The notes under the pieces: generated by a model
The model's database searches: none
The model's input: only the letters and a program-made list of their open reading frames with translations
What the model was told of the DNA's origin: nothing
Part shown: positions 39,597 to 61,828 of the stretch, one piece after another
Layout: every line of letters starts with the position of its first letter
Numbering within the stretch: the stretch's first letter is position 1
From: the human T2T-CHM13v2.0 reference genome, Homo sapiens
Strand: one strand, 5' to 3'
Length of the DNA: 64,000 nt
NCBI RefSeq assembly: GCF_009914755.1
Contig: NC_060945.1
Position numbers and translations under genes: made by a program

Positions 39597-39636
39597 AAAA
39601 ATCAGTCTAAGGGAGAAAACCACTAATGCTCTCAAT

Positions 39637-39655
39637 TCTCTCTCTCTCTCTTTCT

Positions 39656-39696
<41 letters not shown>
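39637..39696. repeat. (CT)n(GT)n compound microsatellite
   Basis: Direct observation. Confidence 0.95.
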
Positions 39697-39699
<3 letters not shown>

Positions 39700-41179
39700 A
39701 GGGGGATGGCGGGTGGTGGTCTTAACCCTTGAAAGAAATCTTCTTTGTATAGGAAGCATATTTCGGTTTAGGTACAATGATAAGAAAGTTTAATTTTATA
39801 ATCTATAAGACCAGATACCTTCAGAAATGATTTTTCCTGTGGGATTTCTATGACTGGTATTCTGACTAGTGTGAAATGGCAGAATTGGATGTCTATATCT
39901 ACACCCATCAAAACCTCACAGCTTCATGCACTGCTATAACTTTTCTGTTAACTCTGGGTAAATTAGGAGGCTGGTACAAGGAATAATTTCAACTTCAGAT
40001 TTTACAGTTTGTTTACGTTAAGGGCAGAAAGATCTACTTTTCAACGATCTGTATTTTAAGATATTGACTTTTCCTGGTGCTATTTTATGAATATGGATAA
40101 AATAGAATTCTTATTAGAAATCTCAACTCCGAATTGAGAATAGATGTTTTGATACTTGTCCTGCTGTGGCCTGAGACTTGGAATCATGAATTATAAGAGA
40201 CCTTGTTGTTTATCTACAGATTAGAACACACAAATAAACATCAGCGTAACATCCTCATTAGCATTCTGGTAGTTACATGTACTTATTCCAGAGCAAAATT
40301 AATATATGATAAGAAGTGGAATATTTTCTGTTGATATCTAGGGTATTATGACAACAACCTTCCTTAGAAAAGAAACAGTGTATTATGAGGACAGTGGATG
40401 CTACAAAATTATTTGTCTTCAAGGCATTGCAAACAACTGGAATCAATTGAATAACCTTCTCAAGCACAAGCCAATAGTGAAACGAAAGTCATTTATCTGT
40501 AACAGCAGGCAAGAGCTTCACTGGTACACTCGGAAGGTGGCTCACTAACCCTGCGAAGTTTTGCTCCATCTGATCAGGGCATAAATGTTTCATTGGCCCA
40601 ATAACCAAGGTCTTAGAGTTTCGCAGTGTTTTCTCTCCAATACTTAATAGAGGGAGCATTGCTGACATTCTGTCCATGGTTGCCAAGGCTGAAATCAAAC
40701 GTGCTTTGAATAATATTATAAAAACTTTGAAATTAACCTTTGCCGTTGGAACCAATGTTCAACTGTGGGCTCTATACAAAGCCGCTTAGGGTGGGAGGGA
40801 GCAAACTTTTCAAGTTGGTTTTAGGTAACAGAAACAGATGTCTTTATTGGATTTGTCTGGAAAAAAAAGTAAGGAAAATCCCAACATTATCTGTTCTGGT
40901 CAAGAAGTATAAGGCTCAGTCCCGTTTTATTTTTCTCCTTCTCCTTTGGATCCTTTTTCCTTATTCCTGACTCTATACATGGAGAAAAAGTTCAAGTGCA
41001 TCTAAAACAGTAATTCTGGGAACTTGTCAACTTATTCCCAAGACGCTACTATTGTTTATAAAGCATTTTGAAGATTCTTGTATTCAGAGCTAGTGATAAG
41101 CCACAAGAGGAATTCAGTCTTGCTGGTGTACAGCTGCATTTTGGGCCCATGTATAGAAGAGCTAACATGGATTTCAGAG

Positions 41180-41330
41180 TCTCCCAGGTGTTTGAAATCC
41201 AGACTCTGCTCTCAGGACCTGTGAGGTCTTAGATAAGTTGCTCAATCTCTTTGAGTCTCAGTTTTCTGAGTACAATGGCACATACCTTACAGGACTGCGG
41301 TGTGGATGAATTGCGATGATGTGTATGATT
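41180..41330 (+). mobile_element. MIR fragment
   Basis: gtttgaaatccagactctgc...agataagttgctcaatctctttgagtctcagtttt. Confidence 0.7.
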
Positions 41331-41482
41331 CCAGCTCTGGGTCTTCTTTCCTTCCTTCTTTCTTCCCTGCCAGGAGGAAAGCAAGGCAGTGCAGCAGAGT
41401 GGGAAGTACTGCCCGTGGAGGCCACTTTTGGGCTGGAGCCTGCTCAAGGCACTTTAGTGCTGAGTCATTTGGGGCCCAAGGT

Positions 41483-41691
41483 AGGGGCAGATAGAAGAGA
41501 AGGAGGGCAGTTATCGCCTAATCACAGGGACAGATAGAAGAGAAGGAGGGCAGTTATCGCCTAGTCACAGGGGCAGATAGAAGAGAAGGACTGCAGTTAT
41601 CGCCTAGTCACAGGGGCAGATAGAAGAGAAGGAGGGCAGTTATTTCCTAGTAACAGGGACAGATAGAAGGACGGCAGTTATCGCCTAGTCA
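41483..41691. repeat. Minisatellite, ~5 x 43 bp
   Basis: Unit aggggcagatagaagagaaggagggcagttatcgcctagtcac at 41483, 41526, 41569, 41612, 41655 (last has a 5-bp deletion). Confidence 0.95.
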
Positions 41692-42712
41692 GGAGTTTAA
41701 CAATCTCTATTTCCTTTCAAACCTCGTTTGACTGCCATTCCAGTCAAATTCACAGGCAATTAAACTTCCTCCTGCATCTCGGAGCAGGCCTCTGTATCAT
41801 CATTTCTCCTCTGCAAGTGTATCTTCTTCGGGCACGTGGAAAGGTCTTAGTGCACCTGCGGTATTTAGGGACTTGATCCTCTTTCCTCTTTATTGTCAAA
41901 GTTGTGGCTTGCCGAAGTCAGGACAGAGTCTGATTATGACATGTTAGCAATCGTCACATCTCATTTTTAAGTAAGTATACTTTTATGCAGTTTGAGCTCT
42001 CATTCATGTCATTTATTAATTTGTTCATTCGTTAACACATTCATTTGTGGAGCATTTGGCCTATAAAAGAGTTGAAACCCTTCCTTACCATTAAGGGAGG
42101 AGAGAATACAAAATGCACAGAGACACATGCTTGGTTTTGTATAACTTTGACGGTTTCTAAAATAAAATAAGGTCTAACTTGGAAAATCAAAACCTATCAC
42201 TGAGATATTTTCATAATCTAAAAAGTCCGTTTCAAAAGAACTTCCAAAATGTTTTAAAAAAATGACTATCCTTTAGAATAATGATGTAGCATTCCAAAGT
42301 TTTAGTGTTCAACCAGCATTTATTACCACCTGCTGGGTGCCTGAGGCAGGACATTTGTAATGAGAGCCACAAACATGAATTGAAAAACTGCTGCCCATAG
42401 GTTCACAGTTCCTGTCAAAGCATAGAGCTCCCTGTAGATAGAGCCCCCTGTATAAGATGCCCTGTGTTCTGGGGGAGAGGATACACTAGGTCTGCAGGTA
42501 TATCTGGTAGGCAGAACAGAAAAGGTGTCACTGAGGAGGTGCTATGTGAGTTAGTTGTGAAAAATGAGTACGGGTTTATGAGGCAGATATGAGAGGCACT
42601 TTGTTGAAGTTACAACTCCTACCAGGCACTCGTTTGAATTTTCTGTTTCATTTGCTCTTTGGAGGTTGCTTGTTGGTACACTTACATCTTCTATGCCAGT
42701 CTTAAAAGAGAG

Positions 42713-42715
<3 letters not shown>

Positions 42716-42747
<32 letters not shown>
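42716..42747. repeat. (GT)n microsatellite
   Basis: Direct observation. Confidence 0.95.
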
Positions 42748-42749
<2 letters not shown>

Positions 42750-44869
42750 TGTGTTCAGTATTTTTTGCAGAGTTTCTTTGTGTTTCCAAGCTTACTTTAG
42801 AGCTGAAGCTTGTCAGAGTTCTCATAACAAATTCGTGATTGAACTAAATTCCAACCTGCCGCCTCTGGTGTTGGAGTCTTACGGCACCTCAGTGCATTCA
42901 TGGGGTGTGCTCTACCCTCTACTTTCGTGATTTATTTAAAGACCAAATCATGATGAATAACATTTCTTAGGCTTAAACCCATAGCAGGGGTAGGAAATAG
43001 TTCAAACCTTCTGACTTAAATGAACAAATACAATCTTCAAAAACTGTTTTCTAATCTGCATGAATGTACTGAACTTGTTGCCGCCTTCATTTAAATGTGA
43101 TGTATCAAAAGTGCTTTGTAAACTCTTAAATTCCAATGTTGATATTGTTATAGATATACTTTATTAAATACTGGATAATGATTTTATAAGCTACAGGGTG
43201 TTTAACTGTGAAATTATTCTAAAATATGTAGAAAAAAATTGGAATAATCTTCCCATTTTGAACACAATGATTGGTTTTAAAGTTCCCTTGATTTATGTGT
43301 TTGTATACTGAGGATTCTCAATTGAGTGAACTAGTGTCTTTGCAATATAGTAAGATTTTGGTACAGTTTTTAATCTATCAAGGAAAAGGCTAGATAAGTA
43401 GGATCTCATTTGTTTCATGGACCATTATTTGAAGGATGATTTAAGACCATAGGAAATACTGACTCACCTTTTCTAAAAAGACAACTGATTTTCTTATGCT
43501 TTTAAGTTCAAATTTATCTTGTCTCCTTTTGATTAATTAAAACAACAGTTATCAAAAACCTTAGCAGAAAATATTATTTATTGAATCTGAAAAGAAACAG
43601 GAAATACTGTGCTTTCTTGAGCCTGTTTCCTATACCCCAATATCATAAGAATTTTTGTTGCTTCTATAATGTTCAGCTGCAAATTATTTTGCGTGATCAA
43701 TCAAAATGAATTACCTGAATTTTCTCCTCTTGTTCAAAATGGAACCACATTCATCCACCTACCCCTAGCCCTAGGACTGTTTCTTTCATTCCGATAGTTT
43801 GTGATATCCTTGACTTCACAGCAGAAAGCTGTGTCTCCCAAACCCCTTCACTCAGGTCCCGTGGGGCCTGCCCTCTAAAGTCTCTTTGGTCTTCTTTCTT
43901 TGAATGTTCATGGCCATCTTGTCGTTTAGACTCTTATCCCTGACTGTAAGAGATCTCTCGGGTCTTCCTGCCTGTGGTCATGCCTAATTTGTACCCTTCC
44001 TAAAATGTGATGTGATCATGTCACTGCCTTGCTTAGAAGCCCCGCACTGGCTTCCAACACGTGCAGAATCAAGTGCTTGCTGTTTAACATTGTCTACCCA
44101 GTCCTCCAGATTCTGGCTTCCAGTTATTTTCTCAGCCTCAAAAAAGCACCTCGCTCTCCAAACATATCAAATAGCTTGTGCTCTCCTGCCTCCGGTTCAC
44201 ACCTCCATTCCTTCCCCTCTACCTGGATGCTCCTTCCTTCATCCACCCCCTTGCTGTAAGCTCCCATGGATTCACTGGTTCTTGAGTGTTTTATTGCACT
44301 TTGGACATCCCGTCTCTCACTCCTGGCTTCTGTCTGTCTACCTGTCTTGACCGGCCATTTGCACTGCCTCTGGCTTATCTGCCTCATTCTGGTCGACAGT
44401 GTTATTTATTAGCTTCATATCTACTGGTTCTCTCAATTATTTCTCAGCCTCCCCACACCAGGCTCCTTGCCCTGTATTTATAAGCTGCTATTGGCTTGAG
44501 GGTGACTGTGCCTTTCTAATAAAACTATTTTATAGACTGATAGTTACAAGGGTATAGTAGAAAAGAAATGAATCTACCTTTGAGTGTATTTCAACATATC
44601 TAGTGATCCATGAATATTTCTTCTTATTATTATCATTATTGTTATTTTTAAATAGACGATCAGGGAAGGCAGAGTCTAGGCCACCAATGTGAACTTAGGC
44701 TTTCATCTTTATTAAGATATTTGGGATCTCTGCAAGTATTCTGAATTTTAAATGGCATTCAATGATTTGATAAAATAGGAAATTTGTTTTACTCTGGACT
44801 GGGTAGTGTTTCAGCAACTGGCTACTGTGTCATTATTTCTATAAATTCAAAATGTAGAAGGAACATTTA

Positions 44870-45893
44870 CCTTTTAACCATTCTCAACCTTTTTTCTTGG
44901 TGCACTCATGCCTCTGTGATCTCATGAAGCCCAATGGCATTAAATTCCATGTATATGTGCATGGTCCATGAACACATATTTCCACCTCCTACCTCTCCTC
45001 TAAAATTTAGACTCATATCTAATTATCTGCCGATTATCACCACTTGGAAGACTAATAGACAACTCAACTATCACACATCCATAAGGGAATTCTTGATCCT
45101 CCACCTTCAACCCCTGGGCCCAACACTCCTCAGTCTTCTCCGACTCAGTAAATAGCACCTCCAGCGTACCGGCCGTTAGGCCAGAAAACTTGTCCTGACC
45201 CCTCTTTGTTTCTTACACCTCATATCAGCATACACTGTTGAACTGCATTAAGAATCTGAGCTTCCCTTGCCACACCCATTGTGTACAACCTGCTTCACTT
45301 TAAGTTATTGTTTTCATGGATTATGAAAATAGCCTCCTAACTCCTCTCCCACTTTTTCTTTCTCCCTGTACTTTGTTCTTCACTGAGCAACCAGAGTAAG
45401 TCTTTATTTATTTATTTTTTTGAGACAGAGTCTCCTCTGTCACCCAGGCTGGAGTGCAGTGGTGCAATCTGGGTTCACTACAACTTCTAACTCCTGGGTT
45501 CAAGTGATTCTCCTGCCTCAGCCTCCCAAGTAGCTGGGACTACAGGCATGCACCACCAAGCCTGGCTAATTTTTGTGTTTTTAATAGAGATGGGGTTTTG
45601 CCATGTTGGCCAGGCAGGTCTCGAACTCCTGACCTCAGGTGATCCAGAGTAAGTCTTTTCAAAGCATAAGGCAAATAATGTTTTCATCTCCTTAAAACCT
45701 TCCATGGCTAGGAATGTTTTAAACCATCTTGTCTCCTGACACTTCTCTGATGTCTAGGCCAGTCAGTCTCCCCTCTATTTTGCAATCTTCAAAGACACCA
45801 GGAAGTTGTGCTTCTGCCTCAGGGCCTTTGCATGTGTGGTCCCCTTTTCTTGGAATGCTTTCTCATCAGGAATCAGCATGGCTTACTTCCTCT
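44870..45893 (+). mobile_element. L2a remnant interrupted by Alu
   Basis: gcccaatggcattaaattccatgtatatg...aatagcctcctaact...ctcagggcctttgcatgtg. Confidence 0.8.
45406..45645 (-). mobile_element. 5'-truncated AluSx-like
   Basis: 15-bp TSD ccagagtaagtcttt 45391-45405 / 45644-45658. Confidence 0.93.
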
Positions 45894-45894
45894 C

Positions 45895-55277
<9,383 letters not shown>

Positions 55278-55489
55278 AACATTCATTTTAAGGATAAATA
55301 ATATTCTGTTGTGTGTATATACCATATTTTCTTTGTCAGTTTGACTCTTAGAAGATATCTGGATTTCTTTTTAAATTTTTTACTGTAAATGATGCTGCTA
55401 TAAAATTTGGTTTGAAAGTATTAGTGCATAAGTGAATAAAATTTTAAAATCTGAACACATTTCTGCATGCAGTTCTTAGATTGAATAAC

Positions 55490-55718
55490 GGAGTCCAGGC
55501 ATGGTGGCTTACACCTGTAATCCCAAATCTTTGGGAGGCTGAGGCAGGCAGATCACTTAAGCTCAGGAGTTCGAGACCAGCCATAGAATCATGGCAAAAC
55601 CCCATCTCTACTAAAAATTCAAAAATTAGCTGGGCATTGTGGTGCATGTTTGTAGTCCCAGCTATTCGGGAGACTGAGGCACAAGGATCACTTAATACAC
55701 AGAGGCAGAGTTTGCAGC
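55490..55718 (+). mobile_element. Alu, 3'-truncated in the right arm
   Basis: ggcatggtggcttacacctgtaatccc...gaggcagagtttgcag. Confidence 0.88.
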
Positions 55719-57977
55719 TTATGTCATTGTTTTTAATTATTTTGGATACACCTGTAATTGGAACATATGGAACTGTTCCACCTGTTGTGAAACATATGGT
55801 AATTCTATGTAGAACTTTCTGATAAACTGCCAATCTATTGGTCACAGTCAATAAATCATTTTATATTCTCACCAGCCATGCACCAGGGTTTCACTTCCCC
55901 CACATCCTGGCCAATACTTGTTCTTTTTCATTTTTGTTGTTTTGGTTTTCATATAGCCACTCTAATAGATGTAAAGTGGTAACTTGTTGTGGTTTTGATA
56001 TCCATATCCCTCATGACTGGTGAGGTTGAGCATTTTTCTGTAGACTTTTTGACCCAATGTTTATACAAGTCCTCTGCCCTTTTATAAATGCTTTTGTTGT
56101 TTCGTTTTGTTGTTGAGTTTTAGAAGTTCTTTATATATCCTGCTTATTATATTTTACCTTATGTACCCAATCAGTTACATGCTTTGCAAATCTTTTCTCC
56201 CATTTGCTGGTTGTCTTTTCACTCTCTTGTTCATGCTTTTTGTATCAAATTTTAGAAGAGGTGGGTTTTTTTTTCTATCAAAAAACACGAACAACAGAGT
56301 GTTTTTCATATCAAAAAATCAGAAAAGTTTCACATTTAAATCAAGTCCAATTTATCTGTTTTTTATTTTCTGGCCTATGCTTTTGGTGTTACAGTCAAGA
56401 AACCATCACAAAATTTAATGTTATAAGATTTTTGCTTAAGCTTTTTCCCAAGAGTTTTTAAAGTTTAACTTTTTGAAACTTTTACAGTAGGTTCGGGTAT
56501 ATGAGTGAAGGTTTGTTACACAGGTAAACATATGTCACAGGAGTTTGCTGTATAGATGATTTCATCACCCAGGTATTAAGCCCAGTACCCAATGGCTATC
56601 TTTTCTGCTTCTTTCCCTCCTCCCACCCTCTTACTTCAAATAGACCCCATGGTCTACTGTTTTCCTCCTCGTGTTCATACATTCTTATCATTTAGCTCCC
56701 ACTTATAAGTCAGAACATGTGATATTTGGTTTTCTCTTCCTGTGTTAGTTTGCTAAGGACAATAGTATCCAGTTATGTCTATGTTTCCACAAAGGACATA
56801 ATCTCATTCTTTTTTATGGGTGCATAGTATTCCATAATGTATACGTAGCACATTTTGTTTATCTAATCTGTTACTGATAGTATTTAGGTTGATTCCATGT
56901 CATTGCTGTTGTGAATAGGGCTGCAGTGAACATTTGCATGCATGTGTCTTTATGGTAGAATAATTCCTATTTTTCTGGAAATATACGCAGTAATGGGATT
57001 GCAAGCAGAACTATTGAATGGTAGTTCTGCTTTTAGCTCTTTGAGGAATTGCCAAACTGCTTTCCACAGCAGTTGAACTAGTTTACACTCCCACCAACAG
57101 TGTATAAGTTCCCTTTTCTCTACAACCTCTCCAGCATTTATTGTTTGACTATAGCCATTCTGACTAGTGTGAGATGGCATTTCATTGTGGTTTTAATTTT
57201 CACTTCTCTAACTATCATTGATGCTGAGCTTTTTCTCATACACTTATTGGCCTCATGTATGTCTTCTTTCAAAAACTGTCTGTTCATGTCTTTGCCCACT
57301 TTTTAATGGGGTTGTTTTTCTTTTGTAAATTTAAGTTCCTTATAGATGATAGATATTAGACCTTTGTTAGATGGATAGTTTACAAATATTTTTTCCACTC
57401 CATAGGTTTTCTGTTTACTCTAATAGTTTTTTTTCTGCTATGCAAAATCTCTTTACTTTAATTAAATCCTACTTGTTAATTTTTGCTTTTCTTGCTATTG
57501 CTTTTGGTCTTTCTATCATGAAATCTTTGCCCGTTCCTATATCCAGGATGGTATTGCCTGGATTGTCTTTCATGGTTTTTATACATAAAGATTTTATATT
57601 TAAGTCTTCAATCAGTCTTGAGTTGATTTTTTTTTTTGTATATGATGTAAATAAGGGGTCCAGCTTCAATCTTCCACATATTGCCAGCCAATTATTTCAG
57701 CATCACTTATTGAATAAATCATCTTTTTCTCATTGCTTGTTTTTGTCAGCCTTGTCAATTATCACATGGGCATAGATGTGCAGCCTTGTTTCTGGGCTCT
57801 CTATTCTGCTCCATTTGTCTATGTGTCTGTTTTTGTATCAGTATTATGCTGTTTTCGTTACTATAGCCCTGTAGTGTAATTTGAAGCCAGGCAACCTGAT
57901 GCCTGCAGCTTTGTTCTTTTTTGCTTAGGATTGCCTTGGCTATGTGTGCTCCTTTTTGGTTTCATATATATATATAT

Positions 57978-58258
57978 ATTTGATGGAATGTCACTCTGTC
58001 ATCAGGCTGGAGTGCAGTGGTGCAATCTCAGCTCACTGCAACCTCTGACTCCCTGGTTCAATGGAGTCTCCTGCCTCAGCCTCCCGAGTAGCTGGGATTA
58101 CAAGCGCTTGCCACTACGCCCAGCTATTTTTTGTATTTTTAGTTGAGAAGGAGTTTCACCATGTTGGCCAGGATGGTCTCGATCTCCTGACCTCATGATC
58201 TGCACCCCTCGGCCTCCCAGAGTGCTGGGATTACAGGCGTGAGCCACTGCACCCAGCC
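57978..58258 (-). mobile_element. AluS (Sc/Sg-like)
   Basis: ggccaggatggtctcgatctcctgacctc...gtgagccactgcacccagcc. Confidence 0.92.
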
Positions 58259-59145
58259 TATAGGAATTTTAAAATAGTTTTTTCTAGCTCTGTAAAAAAT
58301 TTTATTGGCAGTTTGATGGAAATAGCATTAAATCTGTCAATTGCTTTGTGAAGTATAGCCATTTTAGTCATATTGGATCTTCCTATCCATGAGCATGGGG
58401 TGGTTTTCCATTTGTTTGTGTCTTCTCTGATTTCTTTGAGCAGTGTTTTTTAATTCTCATTGTAGAGCTCTTTCACCTCCCTGGTGAGCTGCATTTCCAG
58501 GTATTTTATTATTTTTGTGGCAATTGTGAATGGTATGGCCTTTCTGATTTTGCTGTCAGTGTGGTTATCATTGGTGTAGAGAAATGTTAGTGATCTTTGC
58601 ACATTGATTTAGTATCTTGAAACTTCGCTGAAGTTGTATGTTAACTAAAGAAGCTTTGTAGCTGAAACTACAGGGTTTTCTAGATGTAGAATTATGTTAT
58701 CTACAAACAGAAATAGTTTGGCTTTCTCTCTTCCTATTTGGATGCTTTTTGTATTTCTTTCTCTAGCCTGATTGCTCTGGTCAGGTCTTTCAATACTATG
58801 TTGAATAGAAATGGTGAGAGAGGGCATTCTTGCCTTGTGCTGGTTTTCAAAAAAAAAACGCTCCCAACTTTTGCCCATTCAACAGATTGTTGGCTGTGGG
58901 TTTGTTATACACGGCTTTTATTATTTTCTGCATCTATTGGGATAATCGTGTGTTTTTTGTTTTTAGTTCTGTTTATGTGATGTATTACATTTATTGATTT
59001 GCACATGCTGGACCAACCTTGCATCCTAAGAAGGCAGCCTACTTGATAATGACGGATTACCTGTTTGATGCGCTGCTGGATTTGGTTTACAAATATTTTT
59101 CTGAGAACTTTTGTATTGATGTTTGCCAAGAATATTGGCCTGAAG

Positions 59146-59153
59146 TTTTCTTT

Positions 59154-59201
<48 letters not shown>

Positions 59202-59380
59202 TTCTTTCTTTCTTTCTTTTTTTTTTTTTTTGACAGAGTCTCCCTCTGTTGCCCAGGCTGGAGTGCAGTGGCGCAATCTCTGCTTAATGCAAGCTCTGCC
59301 TCCTGGGTTCATGCCATTCTCCTGCCTCAGCCTCCCAAGTAGCTGGGACTACAGTTGTCTGCTACCAAGCCCGGCTAATT
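59146..59380 (-). mobile_element. AluY-like right monomer with (TTTC)n tail
   Basis: gcaagctctgcctcctgggttcatgccattctcc is AluY-diagnostic. Confidence 0.88.
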
Positions 59381-60697
59381 TTGTGTTTTTGTTGTGTCTC
59401 TGCAAGGTTTTGGTGTCAAGATCATGCTGTCCTCATAGAATGAGTTGAGGAGGAGACCGTCCTCCTCAATTTTTGGGGATAGTTTCTGTAGGAATTGTAC
59501 CAGCTCTTCTTTGTACATTTGGTAGAATTTGGCTGTAAATCCATAAAGTCCAGGGCTTTTATTTTTTTTATTGGCAAGCTACTTATTACCTATATAATAT
59601 CAGAGCTTTTTATTGGTCCATTCAGGAAATAATTGTCTTCCTGGCTTAATCTTGGGAGATTGTGTATATCTAGTAATGTATCTATTTCTTTAAGGTTTTC
59701 TAGTTTGTGTGTATAAAGGTGTTCATGTTAGTACTGACCCCACATAAATAAAAACAACCATTAGAAACCACTAAAGTTGAACACTTATGTCTTTAATCTA
59801 TTTTTATTTAATTTTTGTACTTGGAATGTGATAAAGATTCAACTTTACTGGTTTAAATGTGGACTTGTTTTCCCAGCATTTATTGTGGAACAAACTGTCC
59901 TTTTCTTTACATAATGATTAAGGCACCCTTGTCAAAAGACAATCAATAATTTATGCAAGGGTTTTTTGGATTATCTATTTTATTTATTTGATATCTACAA
60001 TTGTTCTTATGCCACTAGCAAACTGTTATAGTAGCTTTGTATGTTTTCAAATTTAAAATTGTGAAATATCTAATTTTGTTCTTCTTTTCAAGATTATTCT
60101 GTACGTTCAGAGGATTTTCAAATTTCATATGAAGTTTTAAATGAATTATTTTGTTTTTGCAAAAGAAAAGTTGGAAAAATTAAACATTGGGATTACAGTA
60201 CATCTGTACACTACTTTGGGTGGTAGTATTTTCATCTTAACTTCATTAAGTCTTCCGGTACAGGAATATGGAATTTGTTGCTAGTTATTTAAGTCCTTTT
60301 TAGTTTTTTTCATAAATATTCTGATCCTGTTTTTTTATTGTACAAAATATGTACCTTCTTATTAAATTTATTGCTAAGAATTGTATTATTTTAATGTTGT
60401 TGCAAACAATTGTTTTATTAATTTACTGTCAAATTGTTCATTGTTGGTATATGGAAATGCACTTTATGTTTCTGTGTTGTAAAAATAATTATTTCATCTC
60501 CAAATCTAGACTAGCAATTCATTCAGAATAAGTATGCAGTACAAATTGGTAGTCATTTAACTTTTTCCAATAAGCTAACCAATTACACTGTGTCTAAATA
60601 TGTAAAAATGTTGAATTGTGTTAGATTTTCACTTACCCTCACCTGTCATTTATCAGTCAGAATTACATTACTGCACACATAGAACTTTCATTTCTGG

Positions 60698-60902
60698 GGC
60701 CGGGCATGGTGGCTCATGCCTATATTCCTAGCACTTTGTGAGACCAAGGCAGGCCGACTACCTGAGATCAGGAGTTCGAGACCAGCCTGACCAACACGGT
60801 AAAACCCTGCCTCTACTAAAAATAGAAAAATAAACTGAGTGTGGCCGTGGGAGACTGTCCTCCAGCTACTTTGGAGGCTGACACAGGATAATCACTTGAA
60901 CA
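60698..60902 (+). mobile_element. AluS, 3'-truncated
   Basis: ggccgggcatggtggctcatgcc...accagcctgaccaacacgg...aatcacttgaa then an abrupt end. Confidence 0.88.
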
Positions 60903-60999
60903 ATCCCACAACACAAAACAACAAAAGTTAGTCTTCATGTCAAAAATCTTCAATGGATGTTTTTCATCACAGGATTGTTTAGTGCAACATTTTATGGAA

Positions 61000-61828
61000 A
61001 AGATGCATGCTACTGAGATGTAGTTCTCCAAAAGTATCTTAGAGTTTGTTGTTTTGTTATGTCTTACCTCACACACCTGTCCTGTTCCAGGCTATTTTTC
61101 AAAGATTTTTGTATACAAATAACCTGGAAAAAGGGTAGTAGTTTTTCTCTTCAGGTGAATGGCAGATAAATTACTCAATCAATATAATAAAGACAATTTT
61201 TCTCTGTGAGGCAAAGTTTGGACAGGTTTGCATGTAACCTACTTTAAGAAGATTAAGGTTTCTTAGTCTTGAGCCTGCTCAGCTGTGACACAAATCTTCC
61301 CCATGTGCAATGTCCATCTGAGCCTTTTGAAATCCCTCTAAAAAATGTAGTATGGACAAGGAGAACTAATACAAATATGAGGCTTTTGCCTCCAGGTAGA
61401 CAGTAAATAGTAGGTATTTTTTTCATACTTCAGTGTCTCATGCCTTCTACCAGCATCCATGGAAATGGAAGGTTAATAGGTTTGTTTACAAATAGGATGA
61501 AATCTTAGATCCTTCACAATTATTTAATTTTGGAGATGACAATGGGATGCTGAGATAAACACAACTTTCTGAAAGGGGAAAATACACAAATACTTGAAGA
61601 GCTTGCAACGGATATGAAAATTTCCCCTAGGACTAACAGCAACTTCTCTCAGCCAAGTGGTTAGTTTGGTGAAACAAGGGATCAACACTCTGCTGTCTGC
61701 TAATGAGACTGATCCTTGAGAGGATTATAACAATGAGACTGAGAGCTTTGCATGTTCATTTTTCTCCTGCTGGAAAGATCAAGGACCTCTTAAAGCTAAT
61801 GTTGAGGCTTGGATGAGTCCAAAACACT
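61000..61828 (+). mobile_element. Old ERV LTR (MER21/MER68/MER77-group-like) and probable start of internal region, cut by alpha satellite
   Basis: gtctcatgccttctaccagcatccatggaa...aaatcttagatccttcaca resembles the recalled LTR 3' end. Confidence 0.5.

Larger units (their letters stand above)
56470..59773 (-). mobile_element. 5'-truncated old L1PA (PA13-16-like) with short inverted 5' segment
   Basis: 3' end ttcatcacccaggtattaagcccagtacccaa; inverted piece 59733-59773; TSD-like taaagtttaac / taaagttgaac. Confidence 0.85.
55285..60480 (-). mobile_element. Old L1M(B) remnant (55285-56460 and 59783-60480) interrupted by Alu and L1PA
   Basis: aataatattctgttgtgtgtatataccatattt...atagccactctaatagatgtaaagtggt; resumes after the L1PA insertion. 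Confidence 0.75.
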
